Source of the DNA: an uncultured Candidatus Saccharibacteria bacterium | GTDB lineage: Bacteria > Patescibacteriota > Minisyncoccia > Phycocordibacterales > UBA5272 | Direction of reading: 5' to 3' | Length of the DNA stretch: 61,326 bases | Assembly: GCA_964577655.1 (NCBI GenBank) | Contig: CAZNZR010000002.1 | Span: 1-61,326 of the forward strand | Notes under the pieces: generated by a model | Seen by the model: only the letters and a program-made list of their open reading frames with translations | Databases searched by the model: none | What the model was told of the DNA's origin: nothing | Shown here: positions 17,621 to 26,460 of the stretch, piece after piece | Layout of the letters: every line of letters starts with the position of its first letter | How positions within the stretch are numbered: the stretch's first letter is position 1 | Translations under genes and position numbers: made by a program

Positions 17621-17959
17621 ATGGAGGAGCTAAAAAAACTAGTTGTTGATTTTAGAGATAGGAGAAATTGGAAGCAATTTCATAATCCAAAAGATCTTTC
17701 AATTTCTTTATTATTGGAAGCTAGTGAGTTGTTGGAGCATTTTCAATGGAAAAATTTTGAAGAAATGGCAGAACATATAATAAAAAAGAAAGAAGACATC
17801 GGAGAAGAGTTGGCAGATATTTTATATTGGGTACTATTAATATCTAATGATCTAGATATAGATATAGAATCAGCATTCAAAGACAAGATAGAGAAAAATG
17901 AAAAAAAATATCCAGTAGAAAAATCAAAAGACAATCATAAAAAATATACTGAAATATAA
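17621..17959 (+). CDS. MazG-like nucleoside-triphosphate pyrophosphohydrolase (all-alpha NTP-PPase)
   Basis: 'RNWKQFHNPKDLSISLLLEASELLEHFQW' and 'EELADILYWVLLISNDLDIDI' carry the EExxE/ExxD metal-binding helices of the MazG/DCTPP1-like family. Confidence 0.8.
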   Translation: MEELKKLVVDFRDRRNWKQFHNPKDLSISLLLEASELLEHFQWKNFEEMAEHIIKKKEDIGEELADILYWVLLISNDLDIDIESAFKDKIEKNEKKYPVEKSKDNHKKYTEI

Positions 17960-17961
17960 TT

Positions 17962-19812
17962 ATGATAGTATATCAATCCACTAAATTAGGTTTTTGCTCA
18001 GATGTTAATAATAATATTATTGAGACTGAAATAGAAAAACTTTATATCGAAAATTTAAAGAGAAAACCTATAGAATCTGAGAAGAGATCTTGGCAAAATA
18101 GTATGATGTATATGGAGAACTTATTAAGTTCTTCTTCACTACCTAATGATACAGGAGTGATGATTGAATACCAGATACCAAATATGGCAAAAAGAATTGA
18201 TTTTATGTTAACTGGAAGAAATTCTGATGGAAATCCACATCTCATAATAGTAGAACTAAAACAATGGTCTGAAGTAAAAGAAACAGAGATGGACGGTATA
18301 GTACTAACCGCAATAAATGGTGGAATAAGAGAAACATCGCACCCATCTTATCAGGCTTATGTTTATGCTGAAACATTAAAAAGTTACAATGCTGCTGTTG
18401 CTGAGCATAATATAAATTTTTCTCCTTGTGCTTATTTACACAACATGCGAGATGGATCTGTTATAAAATCAGAATTTTATAAAGAACATATAGAAAAAGC
18501 TCCTGTGTTTGTAAGATCTGAAGTTAATGAATTGAGGGATTTTTTGTGTAAATTTATAGTAAAAGGTGATCAGGGTAAAATAATGAAAGCTGTTGAAGGT
18601 GGAGAAATAAGACCATCAAAACATTTAGCGGAAAATCTTAAAAAGATGGTTAATGGATCAAAAGAATTTTATTTAATAGATGAACAAAAAGTAGTTTTTG
18701 AAAAAGTTTTAAGTTTTACAAAAAATAAAGAAAATAAGAAAAAAGTTTTAATAATAGAAGGTGGTCCTGGTACTGGCAAATCAGTTATTGCTATTAATCT
18801 ATTATCTGAATTAACATCTTCGGGTAAAAATGTTAGATATGTAAGTAAAAATTCCGCACCACGTAGTGTGTATAAATATCATTTAAAAAATGTTCTTAAA
18901 AATGCTGAGATAGATATGATGTTTTCAGGATCAGGTTCTTTTACTGGTGCATATGATAACATTTTTGATGTTTTGCTTGTAGATGAAGCACATAGATTAA
19001 ATGAAAAGAGTGGAATGTTTAAAAATCTTGGAGAAAATCAAGTAAAAGAAATTATAAATTCATCTAAAGTTTCCGTATTTTTTATTGATGAAGATCAAAG
19101 AGTTTCTCTTGATGATATAGGAACAAAAGAAGAAATTCATAAATGGTCTAAAGAAATGAAAGCAGATGTTTACGAATATAAACTCGAATCTCAGTTTAGA
19201 TGTAATGGGTCTGATGGCTATATATCTTGGTTAGATAATGTATTACAAATAAGAGAAACTCCTAACATTGATTTTAAAGGTATTAATTATGATTTTAAAG
19301 TTTTTGATAATATAGAAGAATTAAGAAAAAATATAGAAGAAAAAAATAAATTGAATAATAAAGCAAGAATTGTTGCTGGTTATTGTTGGGATTGGAAGAG
19401 TGCAAAAGATTCAAATTTATTTGATATAGAAATAGATAATTTCAAAGCAAAATGGAATTTGAAAGAAGATGGTATGTTATGGATTATAAGACCTGATTCA
19501 GTAAAAGAAGTCGGATGTATTCATACATGTCAAGGATTAGAATTAGATTATGTTGGTGTAATAATAGGAGATGATCTTATTTGTAAAGACGGAGAAATTT
19601 TAGTTGATCCATCAAAAAGGTCCTCAGGAGACAGATCTATTCTTGGTTGGAAAAAAATAATGAAAGAAGATCCTGAAAAAGGAAAAGAATTAATAAAATC
19701 AATTATAAAAAATACATACAGAACTCTTATGACTAGAGGTCAAAAAGGGTGTTATGTTTATTGTGTAGATAAAGAATTAAATGAGTATTTGAAATCTATA
19801 AGTATAAATTAA
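17962..19812 (+). CDS. DUF2075-type protein: N-terminal PD-(D/E)XK-like nuclease plus SF1 helicase-like ATPase
   Basis: 'KRIDFMLTG...LIIVELKQWSE' (D...ELK), Walker A 'GGPGTGKS', Walker B 'LLVDEAHRL', 'FFIDEDQRV', 'CIHTCQGLELDYVGVIIG' and 'TLMTRGQKGCYVY'. Confidence 0.85.
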   Translation: MIVYQSTKLGFCSDVNNNIIETEIEKLYIENLKRKPIESEKRSWQNSMMYMENLLSSSSLPNDTGVMIEYQIPNMAKRIDFMLTGRNSDGNPHLIIVELKQWSEVKETEMDGIVLTAINGGIRETSHPSYQAYVYAETLKSYNAAVAEHNINFSPCAYLHNMRDGSVIKSEFYKEHIEKAPVFVRSEVNELRDFLCKFIVKGDQGKIMKAVEGGEIRPSKHLAENLKKMVNGSKEFYLIDEQKVVFEKVLSFTKNKENKKKVLIIEGGPGTGKSVIAINLLSELTSSGKNVRYVSKNSAPRSVYKYHLKNVLKNAEIDMMFSGSGSFTGAYDNIFDVLLVDEAHRLNEKSGMFKNLGENQVKEIINSSKVSVFFIDEDQRVSLDDIGTKEEIHKWSKEMKADVYEYKLESQFRCNGSDGYISWLDNVLQIRETPNIDFKGINYDFKVFDNIEELRKNIEEKNKLNNKARIVAGYCWDWKSAKDSNLFDIEIDNFKAKWNLKEDGMLWIIRPDSVKEVGCIHTCQGLELDYVGVIIGDDLICKDGEILVDPSKRSSGDRSILGWKKIMKEDPEKGKELIKSIIKNTYRTLMTRGQKGCYVYCVDKELNEYLKSISIN

Positions 19813-19816
19813 ATTT

Positions 19817-20392
19817 ATGATTTTTTCTATTTTCTATTTTTATATTTTTCTATTATCACATTTAATGCAATTATTAGATAATACATTTTTTGGAACTCTT
19901 TTTGCTGGTTTAATTTTAGCTTTTCTAGCTTTATATTTATATAAAGAGCAAAAGAAATTAGATATAAAATATAATCATAAAGCGAATTTAAAAAAAAATA
20001 TAAAAGAATTTTATATAAACATTGATACTTTATATAGAATATATAAAAATTATAATATCATTTTTGATATATCAGATATTAAAATTCAGAGTTTGTATGA
20101 ATATTTAGAAAAGCATAATTCTTATTCTAATAAAATTGAAGAAAAAATAAATAATAATATTATTGAAATTGATAAAAATTATGAATATTTAATATCGAAT
20201 TTATCTTTTGATGGTATAGATTTTAATGGTGATAAATTTAATGATTTAATAACCAAATATAAACTTTATATTATTTCAATTTCTTATTTAAGGTCATACG
20301 ATAAAGAAAGAAGGGATGAAATGCTAAAAGAGATAACTATTATAAGAAATGATATTTTAAATTATCTAAAAGAGATATTTGATAAAAATTAA
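19817..20392 (+). CDS. Hypothetical membrane-anchored alpha-helical protein (operon-internal orphan)
   Basis: N-terminal hydrophobic helices ('FFGTLFAGLILAFLALYLY') followed by an N/K/I/Y-rich, very AT-rich coding region. Gaps to its neighbours are 4 nt and 2 nt. Confidence 0.5.
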   Translation: MIFSIFYFYIFLLSHLMQLLDNTFFGTLFAGLILAFLALYLYKEQKKLDIKYNHKANLKKNIKEFYINIDTLYRIYKNYNIIFDISDIKIQSLYEYLEKHNSYSNKIEEKINNNIIEIDKNYEYLISNLSFDGIDFNGDKFNDLITKYKLYIISISYLRSYDKERRDEMLKEITIIRNDILNYLKEIFDKN

Positions 20393-20394
20393 TT

Positions 20395-23300
20395 ATGAAA
20401 ATAAAAATTTTAAACCAAAATAGTAACTTCGAAACTCGCTATAAAAAACTGAATGAAAAGCAAAGAGAGGCGGTGGATGCTCTAGATGGTCCTGTACTAG
20501 TCGTAGCTGGCCCAGGAAGTGGAAAGACGGAGATCATCTCACTTCGTATCGCAAATATCATAAAGGAAGGCCTAGCAAAGCCTGATGAGATACTCTGTCT
20601 CACATTCACAGATAGTGCCAGCAAGAATATGCTAGAAAGACTAGCTAAGATAATGGGTAGCACTGCTTACAAGGTTCCTATTTTTACTTTTCATGCATTT
20701 TGTACTTATCTGATAGATAGATATCCGGAGCACTTTTTTGACGCACATAGATATGAGCCTATAGCTGAGCTAAAGAGAAATGAGATATTAGAATCTATAT
20801 TCAAAAATCTTAAATATGGCAATCCACTCTTTGCTCGCCACGAAGAGAGAGGTTACGCATATTTTGATGATGTTAAAGAGAGGATTAAAAATCTAAAAGA
20901 AGCCGGTCTTAATCCTGAAGAAGCAAAAGCTAAGCTGATACAAAATAAGAATGATCTAGAGATCTTGAAGCCTATATTAGACGATATTCCTCTCAATCTG
21001 AGAGCTAAAGGAGCAGTAGAAAGATTTATAAATATTAAAGATCGATTTGAAAAAAGTGGGACAGAGCTTGGAAGATATTACGCATCTTATCTTAAAAAGG
21101 AAATAGAAAAAGAAAATCTAAGTGAAGCCAAAAGAAAGCTTTTTGAAAAAGATGAGAATGACAATTATATTTTTAAAGAAGAGAAATATATAGAGAAATT
21201 ATTAGCAGCAGTAGATATATACAAAGAATATCAGCTAGAGCTTGATAGACAAGGACTTTTTGACTTTGACGACATGATAATCTATGTCAAAGATAGACTT
21301 ATAAATAATAATACTCTTCGCGCAGAAGTGGAAGAGACATATCAATATATATTACTAGATGAATTTCAAGATACCAATCTCGCTCAACTAAAACTAATAG
21401 AATCAATAACTCATAATCCTGTCTTAGAAGGCAAGGCAAATATATTCGTAGTAGGAGATGATGATCAGTCAATATATAAATTCCAAGGGGCTGAGCTAAA
21501 CAACATATTTCACTTTAAAAATATGTATAAAGATGTAAAGACTATCGTCCTTACAGAGAATTATCGCTCTACTCAGAAGATCTTAGACTTTGCAAAAGAG
21601 ATAATAGAAAAAGCCGAAGAGAGGCTGACTAAGAATGATAAGAATCTTGTAAAAGAATTAATTTCTAAAAATAAAGAATTAAAAAAAGGAGAAATATATC
21701 TCAATTCTTTTGTAGAAAAAGAAAAAGAATATCTATTTATCGCCAAAGAGATCAAGAGTTTACTAGAAAGTGGAGTAGAGGCTAAAGAGATAGCTATCAT
21801 CTCAAGAAAGCATGCGGAATTGCAAGATATATTGCCTTATCTAGACGCGGAAGACGTGCCTTATAATTACGAAAGAAGAGAATCAGTATTTAATGAAGCC
21901 CATATAGAGCCTCTAATAAAAATCTGTAAATTTTTAGAGAATGTTGGCGAAAATAGGGAAGAAGAGGATGCTCTCTTGCCTGAGATTTTGTCTTATGAAT
22001 TCTTAAATGTTGACAGGATATCAGTCTGGGAGATATCTAGAAAAGCCTATAAAGAAGACAAATCTTGGCTAGAAGTTATGAGAGAGAGTGAGAATGAGGA
22101 ATTAAGAGAGTTAGCAAAGTTTTTTATAGAGCTAGCCAATATTAGTAAATCTGCTCCTCTTGAGATCGTCCTAGATATATTAGTCGGTAGTAAAGATATA
22201 GAATTAGAAGAAAATGATAAATCTGATGAAGAATCATATCACCATTCATTACCTCACTTAGAAAGTAAATTTGTCTCTAATTATAAAGATTTTTATTTTG
22301 GTAAAGACGCAATGAAGAATAATCTGGCTTCGTATATTCAATTTTTATCCAGTCTAAGAGTCTTTATCTATGCATTGCGAGAATACAAGAAAGGGGAGAA
22401 ATTACTTGTAAAGGATTTGTCTAGCTTTATAAAATTACACAAAGATTATAATGTCCCACTTCTTAATAAGACTAGCTTTGTAGGAGATAAGAATGCTATT
22501 AATCTCTTGACTGCTCACAAAGCAAAAGGGCTAGAATTTGAATATGTATTTCTCATCGCAAGCTCTGAGAAGATCTGGAAGAGTAAAGGTATAAATAATA
22601 AATTACCTCTACCCGTAAATATGCCTTTTGCTAGAAACGCTGATAATGAAGATGACTTTTTGAGATTATATTTTGTAGGAGCAACTAGAGCAAAGCATAC
22701 TATCTATATTACTAGTCGAGACGAAATCTTATCTTTTCTAGCAGATTTTAATTTAGAATCTAAAGAAGAGAAGATAGAAAATTCTGATCTTAAAAATGGT
22801 CTCAAAATATATAATATTCCTCCGTTTGCAAAGAGTGAAAAAGCATTACTTGAGAAGATCTTAGAAGATTATAAATTATCTCCCACGCATCTTAATAACT
22901 TTCTTAATATCGTAAAGGGCGGGCCAAGATTATTCTTGGAGCAGAATTTATTATTATTTCCTCAGGCAAAATCTTCTTCAGCTGTCTATGGGTCAGCTAT
23001 GCACAAGGTGATAGAAGAGCTATATGTCTTAACTAAGAAAGATAAACAAATACCTAATCTAGATACATTAGACAATATCTTAGAAAAAGAAATTAAAAAA
23101 GCTAGATTAGAAGTAAAAGAAGAATTGGATTTAATAGAAAAAGGTAAAGAAAAACTAGAAAATTTCTATAATCTAAACAAAGAAATTATAAAGAAAGAAG
23201 CTGCAGCTAGTAAGATGGAAGTTAACTTTTTAAACGAAGGAGTATTATTAGAAAATACAGAATTAAAAGGAATAGTGGATAGGATATTTGAAAACGATGG

Positions 23301-23700
23301 AGAATTGCAAGTGATAGATTTAAAAACAGGAAAGGCTTTTAAAGATTTTGAATACAGCAAAGCAAAAAAGGAAGATTATGAAAATATAAAAAAGCATAAT
23401 TACAAACAACAATTAATGTTCTATAAAATTCTTCTAGAAAATAGTCGCACTTTTAGAAATAAAGAAATAAAATTTGGAAAAATAAATTTTGTAGATGATG
23501 ATAAAGTCACAGAATTAGAAATAGATTTTGAAAATGATATATCAGGAGAAGAGTGGGAAGATTTTAAAAAGCTTTTAATTAATGTATTTAATATTATAAA
23601 AGATGTAGACAGATTGCAAAATATTGATATTTCCAAATACGACATAAACATAAATGGAATATTAGAATTTGAAAGGGATATTATAAATGATAATATATAA
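20395..23700 (+). CDS. UvrD/PcrA-family SF1 helicase with C-terminal PD-(D/E)XK nuclease (AddA/RecB-like)
   Basis: 'AGPGSGKTE', 'LLDEFQDTN', 'VGDDDQSIYKFQGA', 'TENYRST', 'TAHKAKGLEFEYVF' and 'VGATRAKH'. The C-terminus has 'GIVDRI...VIDLKTGK...QQLMFYK'. Confidence 0.9.
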   Translation: MKIKILNQNSNFETRYKKLNEKQREAVDALDGPVLVVAGPGSGKTEIISLRIANIIKEGLAKPDEILCLTFTDSASKNMLERLAKIMGSTAYKVPIFTFHAFCTYLIDRYPEHFFDAHRYEPIAELKRNEILESIFKNLKYGNPLFARHEERGYAYFDDVKERIKNLKEAGLNPEEAKAKLIQNKNDLEILKPILDDIPLNLRAKGAVERFINIKDRFEKSGTELGRYYASYLKKEIEKENLSEAKRKLFEKDENDNYIFKEEKYIEKLLAAVDIYKEYQLELDRQGLFDFDDMIIYVKDRLINNNTLRAEVEETYQYILLDEFQDTNLAQLKLIESITHNPVLEGKANIFVVGDDDQSIYKFQGAELNNIFHFKNMYKDVKTIVLTENYRSTQKILDFAKEIIEKAEERLTKNDKNLVKELISKNKELKKGEIYLNSFVEKEKEYLFIAKEIKSLLESGVEAKEIAIISRKHAELQDILPYLDAEDVPYNYERRESVFNEAHIEPLIKICKFLENVGENREEEDALLPEILSYEFLNVDRISVWEISRKAYKEDKSWLEVMRESENEELRELAKFFIELANISKSAPLEIVLDILVGSKDIELEENDKSDEESYHHSLPHLESKFVSNYKDFYFGKDAMKNNLASYIQFLSSLRVFIYALREYKKGEKLLVKDLSSFIKLHKDYNVPLLNKTSFVGDKNAINLLTAHKAKGLEFEYVFLIASSEKIWKSKGINNKLPLPVNMPFARNADNEDDFLRLYFVGATRAKHTIYITSRDEILSFLADFNLESKEEKIENSDLKNGLKIYNIPPFAKSEKALLEKILEDYKLSPTHLNNFLNIVKGGPRLFLEQNLLLFPQAKSSSAVYGSAMHKVIEELYVLTKKDKQIPNLDTLDNILEKEIKKARLEVKEELDLIEKGKEKLENFYNLNKEIIKKEAAASKMEVNFLNEGVLLENTELKGIVDRIFENDGELQVIDLKTGKAFKDFEYSKAKKEDYENIKKHNYKQQLMFYKILLENSRTFRNKEIKFGKINFVDDDKVTELEIDFENDISGEEWEDFKKLLINVFNIIKDVDRLQNIDISKYDININGILEFERDIINDNI

Positions 23701-23703
23701 ATT

Positions 23704-24585
23704 ATGTCTGATAAATACAAAGCCATCTGGCTCTCACATTCTTCATATAATGACTTTTTAAATTGTCCGAGAGGATATTATTTAAAAAATGTATACAAAG
23801 ATCCAAAAACAAAAAATAAAATTTCTCTTTTGTCTTCTGCGACCTCTCTCGGCTCCGCAGTACATCTATCTATAGAGACTCTACTCAATTATCCATCACA
23901 CGAGCGAGAAGAGAAGTTAAAAGATCTAGAAAAAGAATATGAGAGGATCTGGAATGAGAATTTTGTAGGGGAAAAAGGCGGATTCCAGAATAGTGAAGAA
24001 GAAAAAGAATATTATGACAAGGGTCTCGCAATGATAGAAAATATAAAAGAGAATCCTAACTTTTTACTTAATAAAATAATTAAAAAAGAAAGCTATTATA
24101 AAGGAGATATTTTGCCAAACTTTTTTATAGATGATGAGGAAGAAGTGTTACTTTGTGGGGTGCCTGATTGGGTAGAGTATCTAGATGATGACACATTACA
24201 TGTAGTAGACTTCAAGACTGGCAAAAATGAAGAAAAAGAAAATAGTACACAGCTCCCAATATATGTACTACTACTTGAGAATCTACAAAAAAGAAAAGTC
24301 ACAAAAGCTAGCTATTGGTATCTTCTCACAGACAAAAATATAAAACACAAGGAGATAAATAGAGAAGAGATAGAAGAAGTAAAAAATAAAATTGTCCAAG
24401 CTGGAAAAGAAATAAAAGATTTAAAAAATGAGACTCTTAAAAAAGACTGGAAAGAAATATTTGTATGTAAAAAAGGGGAGTTTGGATGTATTCATTGTCG
24501 TGACTATGAAAAGATATTGAATAATGAAGCAGAATATATTGGGAAGGATATTTATGGAAAGGATGGGTATATTTTAAGAAATTAG
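23704..24585 (+). CDS. Cas4/AddB-type PD-(D/E)XK nuclease with putative Fe-S cysteines
   Basis: N-terminal 'NCPRGYY', 'GVPDWVEY', 'HVVDFKTGK', 'QLPIYVLL' and C-terminal 'CKKGEFGCIHC'. Confidence 0.85.
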   Translation: MSDKYKAIWLSHSSYNDFLNCPRGYYLKNVYKDPKTKNKISLLSSATSLGSAVHLSIETLLNYPSHEREEKLKDLEKEYERIWNENFVGEKGGFQNSEEEKEYYDKGLAMIENIKENPNFLLNKIIKKESYYKGDILPNFFIDDEEEVLLCGVPDWVEYLDDDTLHVVDFKTGKNEEKENSTQLPIYVLLLENLQKRKVTKASYWYLLTDKNIKHKEINREEIEEVKNKIVQAGKEIKDLKNETLKKDWKEIFVCKKGEFGCIHCRDYEKILNNEAEYIGKDIYGKDGYILRN

Positions 24586-26393
24586 AATTCTATTTTTAAG
24601 AGATTTAGGGTGTCATAATCTGTATTGATTTTATGTTTAAATTTTATATTTGCTAATAATTCCTTATTTATTCTAAAATTATTTTTCTTTAATTCTTTTT
24701 TGATAGTTTCTAATTCTTTTTCATTGTGTTTTTGTTTTAATATGTTTTCAATATCTTTTTCTAAAAATTTTATTTCAGTCTTTTCTAAAGATTTTGCCTC
24801 AATTAATTCTTCAATATGTCCCGCAAGAGTAGAAATTTTTAATTCGCGAATATTTGCAATCTCTTTCAAAGATTTTCCATTTCGAATATATTCAAGAGTG
24901 ATCATCTGAGTCTTTATTTTATTTCCATATTCATCTTTTCGGTGATTTATTTTCTTTTTCTTTTCAGCTTTTTCAAACTCTTTCTTCTCTTCTTCTCTCT
25001 TTTTCTTTTCTTCTTCTAAATCGACCTCTTTTAAATCTCCATCACACGCCAATATGAATTCTTCTTGCTTTTTTCGTAGGTCTTTTGTAGCTTCTTGCGA
25101 AGAAGGAGCATAATATTTTTCTAATGCCTTCACTGCACGAGCAGACTTATCTCTGAATAATTTATCTTGAGCTACTACAGAGCTATTTACTCTTAGAGCA
25201 TCATTATGAATGCCTAGTAACTTTATATTTTCAAATTTACGCACACGAGATAGGGCCACATATCCCATCCCAGAGCCGAAAGCTTTTGCTAGATCTATCT
25301 CCGCAGCGTCCAAAGTCATACCTTGTGACTTGTGAACTGTGATGGCCCAAGCATAGCGGAGGGGAATTTGTGATAATTCTGCGAATACTTTACCGTCATC
25401 ATTTACATATTGCCATGATTCTAGTCCTACATTTATTTTTTTTCCATCAAAAGTCTTTACAATAGGCATATTAGCTCCATCAAATTCTACTACTTCTCCG
25501 AGTGTTCCGTTTTGGTATTCTCTATCTTTTGCATTTTTTACAAAGATGACTTTTGTACCTATTTTTAGATCTAGATATTCTGGAGCAAGACAATTCTGCT
25601 TTAGTATCTCAATCTGATTCTTTTTTCCTGTAGCTACCATGTGATAACTGTGTTCCTCTTTACTTTTAAGAGAGTTATATTTTTCAATATTAATACTATC
25701 AACGTCGATATTGTGAGTATAGAGTTTTAAGATGTCTTTATTTGTCTTATCTTCTAGAATACTATTTAATTTATGAAGTACTTTCTCTACCTCTCTCTCG
25801 AATCTGATATCATTAAGTATCTTAGTTAACGATTCATCTTCTTGGCGATAATTCTCCTCGAGATAGCAGACGACAGGATTGAGCTCTTGCCAGGCGGGGG
25901 AATTAAAAGCAAATTCTTTTCCTTCATTTACAATTTCTTCTTTATTAAAATTTTTAACTACAGGTGGAAGTTGAAAAAAGTCTCCACAAAAAATAATCTG
26001 TACTCCAGCAAAAGGAAGAGTACTGTTTCTAAATTTTTTAAAAAGAGTGTTTATCATCTCTAATCTTGATGCGTGTAGCATTGATATCTCATCTATGATG
26101 AGCACTTTCACATCTTGATATCTTTTAAATAATTTTTCATTCTGCTCTAGCTTGTCTAGAGTATAGCGATCCAATTTTTCATATACACCAATTCCAGTAA
26201 AGGAGTGTACTGTCTGTCCACCAATATGAGTAGCGGCTATACCAGTAGAAGCTGTGATTGATGGATTCACAGAGTGAGATTTTAGATATTCAATATATTT
26301 ATTGAGTACAAAAGTCTTACCAGTTCCGGCAGCTCCAGTTAAGAATACAGAATGTCCCATTTTCATTATATCCAGCGCTTCGTCTTGAGTCAT
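24582..26393 (-). CDS. PIF1/RecD-like SF1 helicase with C-terminal helix-turn-helix domain
   Basis: 'LTGAAGTGKT', 'VLIIDEISML', 'CGDFFQLPPV', 'ITVHKSQGMTLD' and 'YVALSRVR'. A K/E-rich linker precedes 'SLKEIANIRELKISTLAGHIEELI'. Confidence 0.85.
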   Translation of the reverse strand: MTQDEALDIMKMGHSVFLTGAAGTGKTFVLNKYIEYLKSHSVNPSITASTGIAATHIGGQTVHSFTGIGVYEKLDRYTLDKLEQNEKLFKRYQDVKVLIIDEISMLHASRLEMINTLFKKFRNSTLPFAGVQIIFCGDFFQLPPVVKNFNKEEIVNEGKEFAFNSPAWQELNPVVCYLEENYRQEDESLTKILNDIRFEREVEKVLHKLNSILEDKTNKDILKLYTHNIDVDSINIEKYNSLKSKEEHSYHMVATGKKNQIEILKQNCLAPEYLDLKIGTKVIFVKNAKDREYQNGTLGEVVEFDGANMPIVKTFDGKKINVGLESWQYVNDDGKVFAELSQIPLRYAWAITVHKSQGMTLDAAEIDLAKAFGSGMGYVALSRVRKFENIKLLGIHNDALRVNSSVVAQDKLFRDKSARAVKALEKYYAPSSQEATKDLRKKQEEFILACDGDLKEVDLEEEKKKREEEKKEFEKAEKKKKINHRKDEYGNKIKTQMITLEYIRNGKSLKEIANIRELKISTLAGHIEELIEAKSLEKTEIKFLEKDIENILKQKHNEKELETIKKELKKNNFRINKELLANIKFKHKINTDYDTLNLLKIEF

Positions 26394-26460
26394 AAAATTA
26401 TTCTAATTTTAGCATAAAGATTATCTGATTTAAAAAATAAGTCTTTAAAAAAATCAAAAA

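Noticed and set aside
24900-25060. Apparent tandem repetitiveness (AAGAAA / TTTCTT runs)
   Set aside because: This is the K/E-rich linker of the PIF1-like helicase read on the opposite strand. It is low-complexity coding sequence, not a repeat element or CRISPR array.
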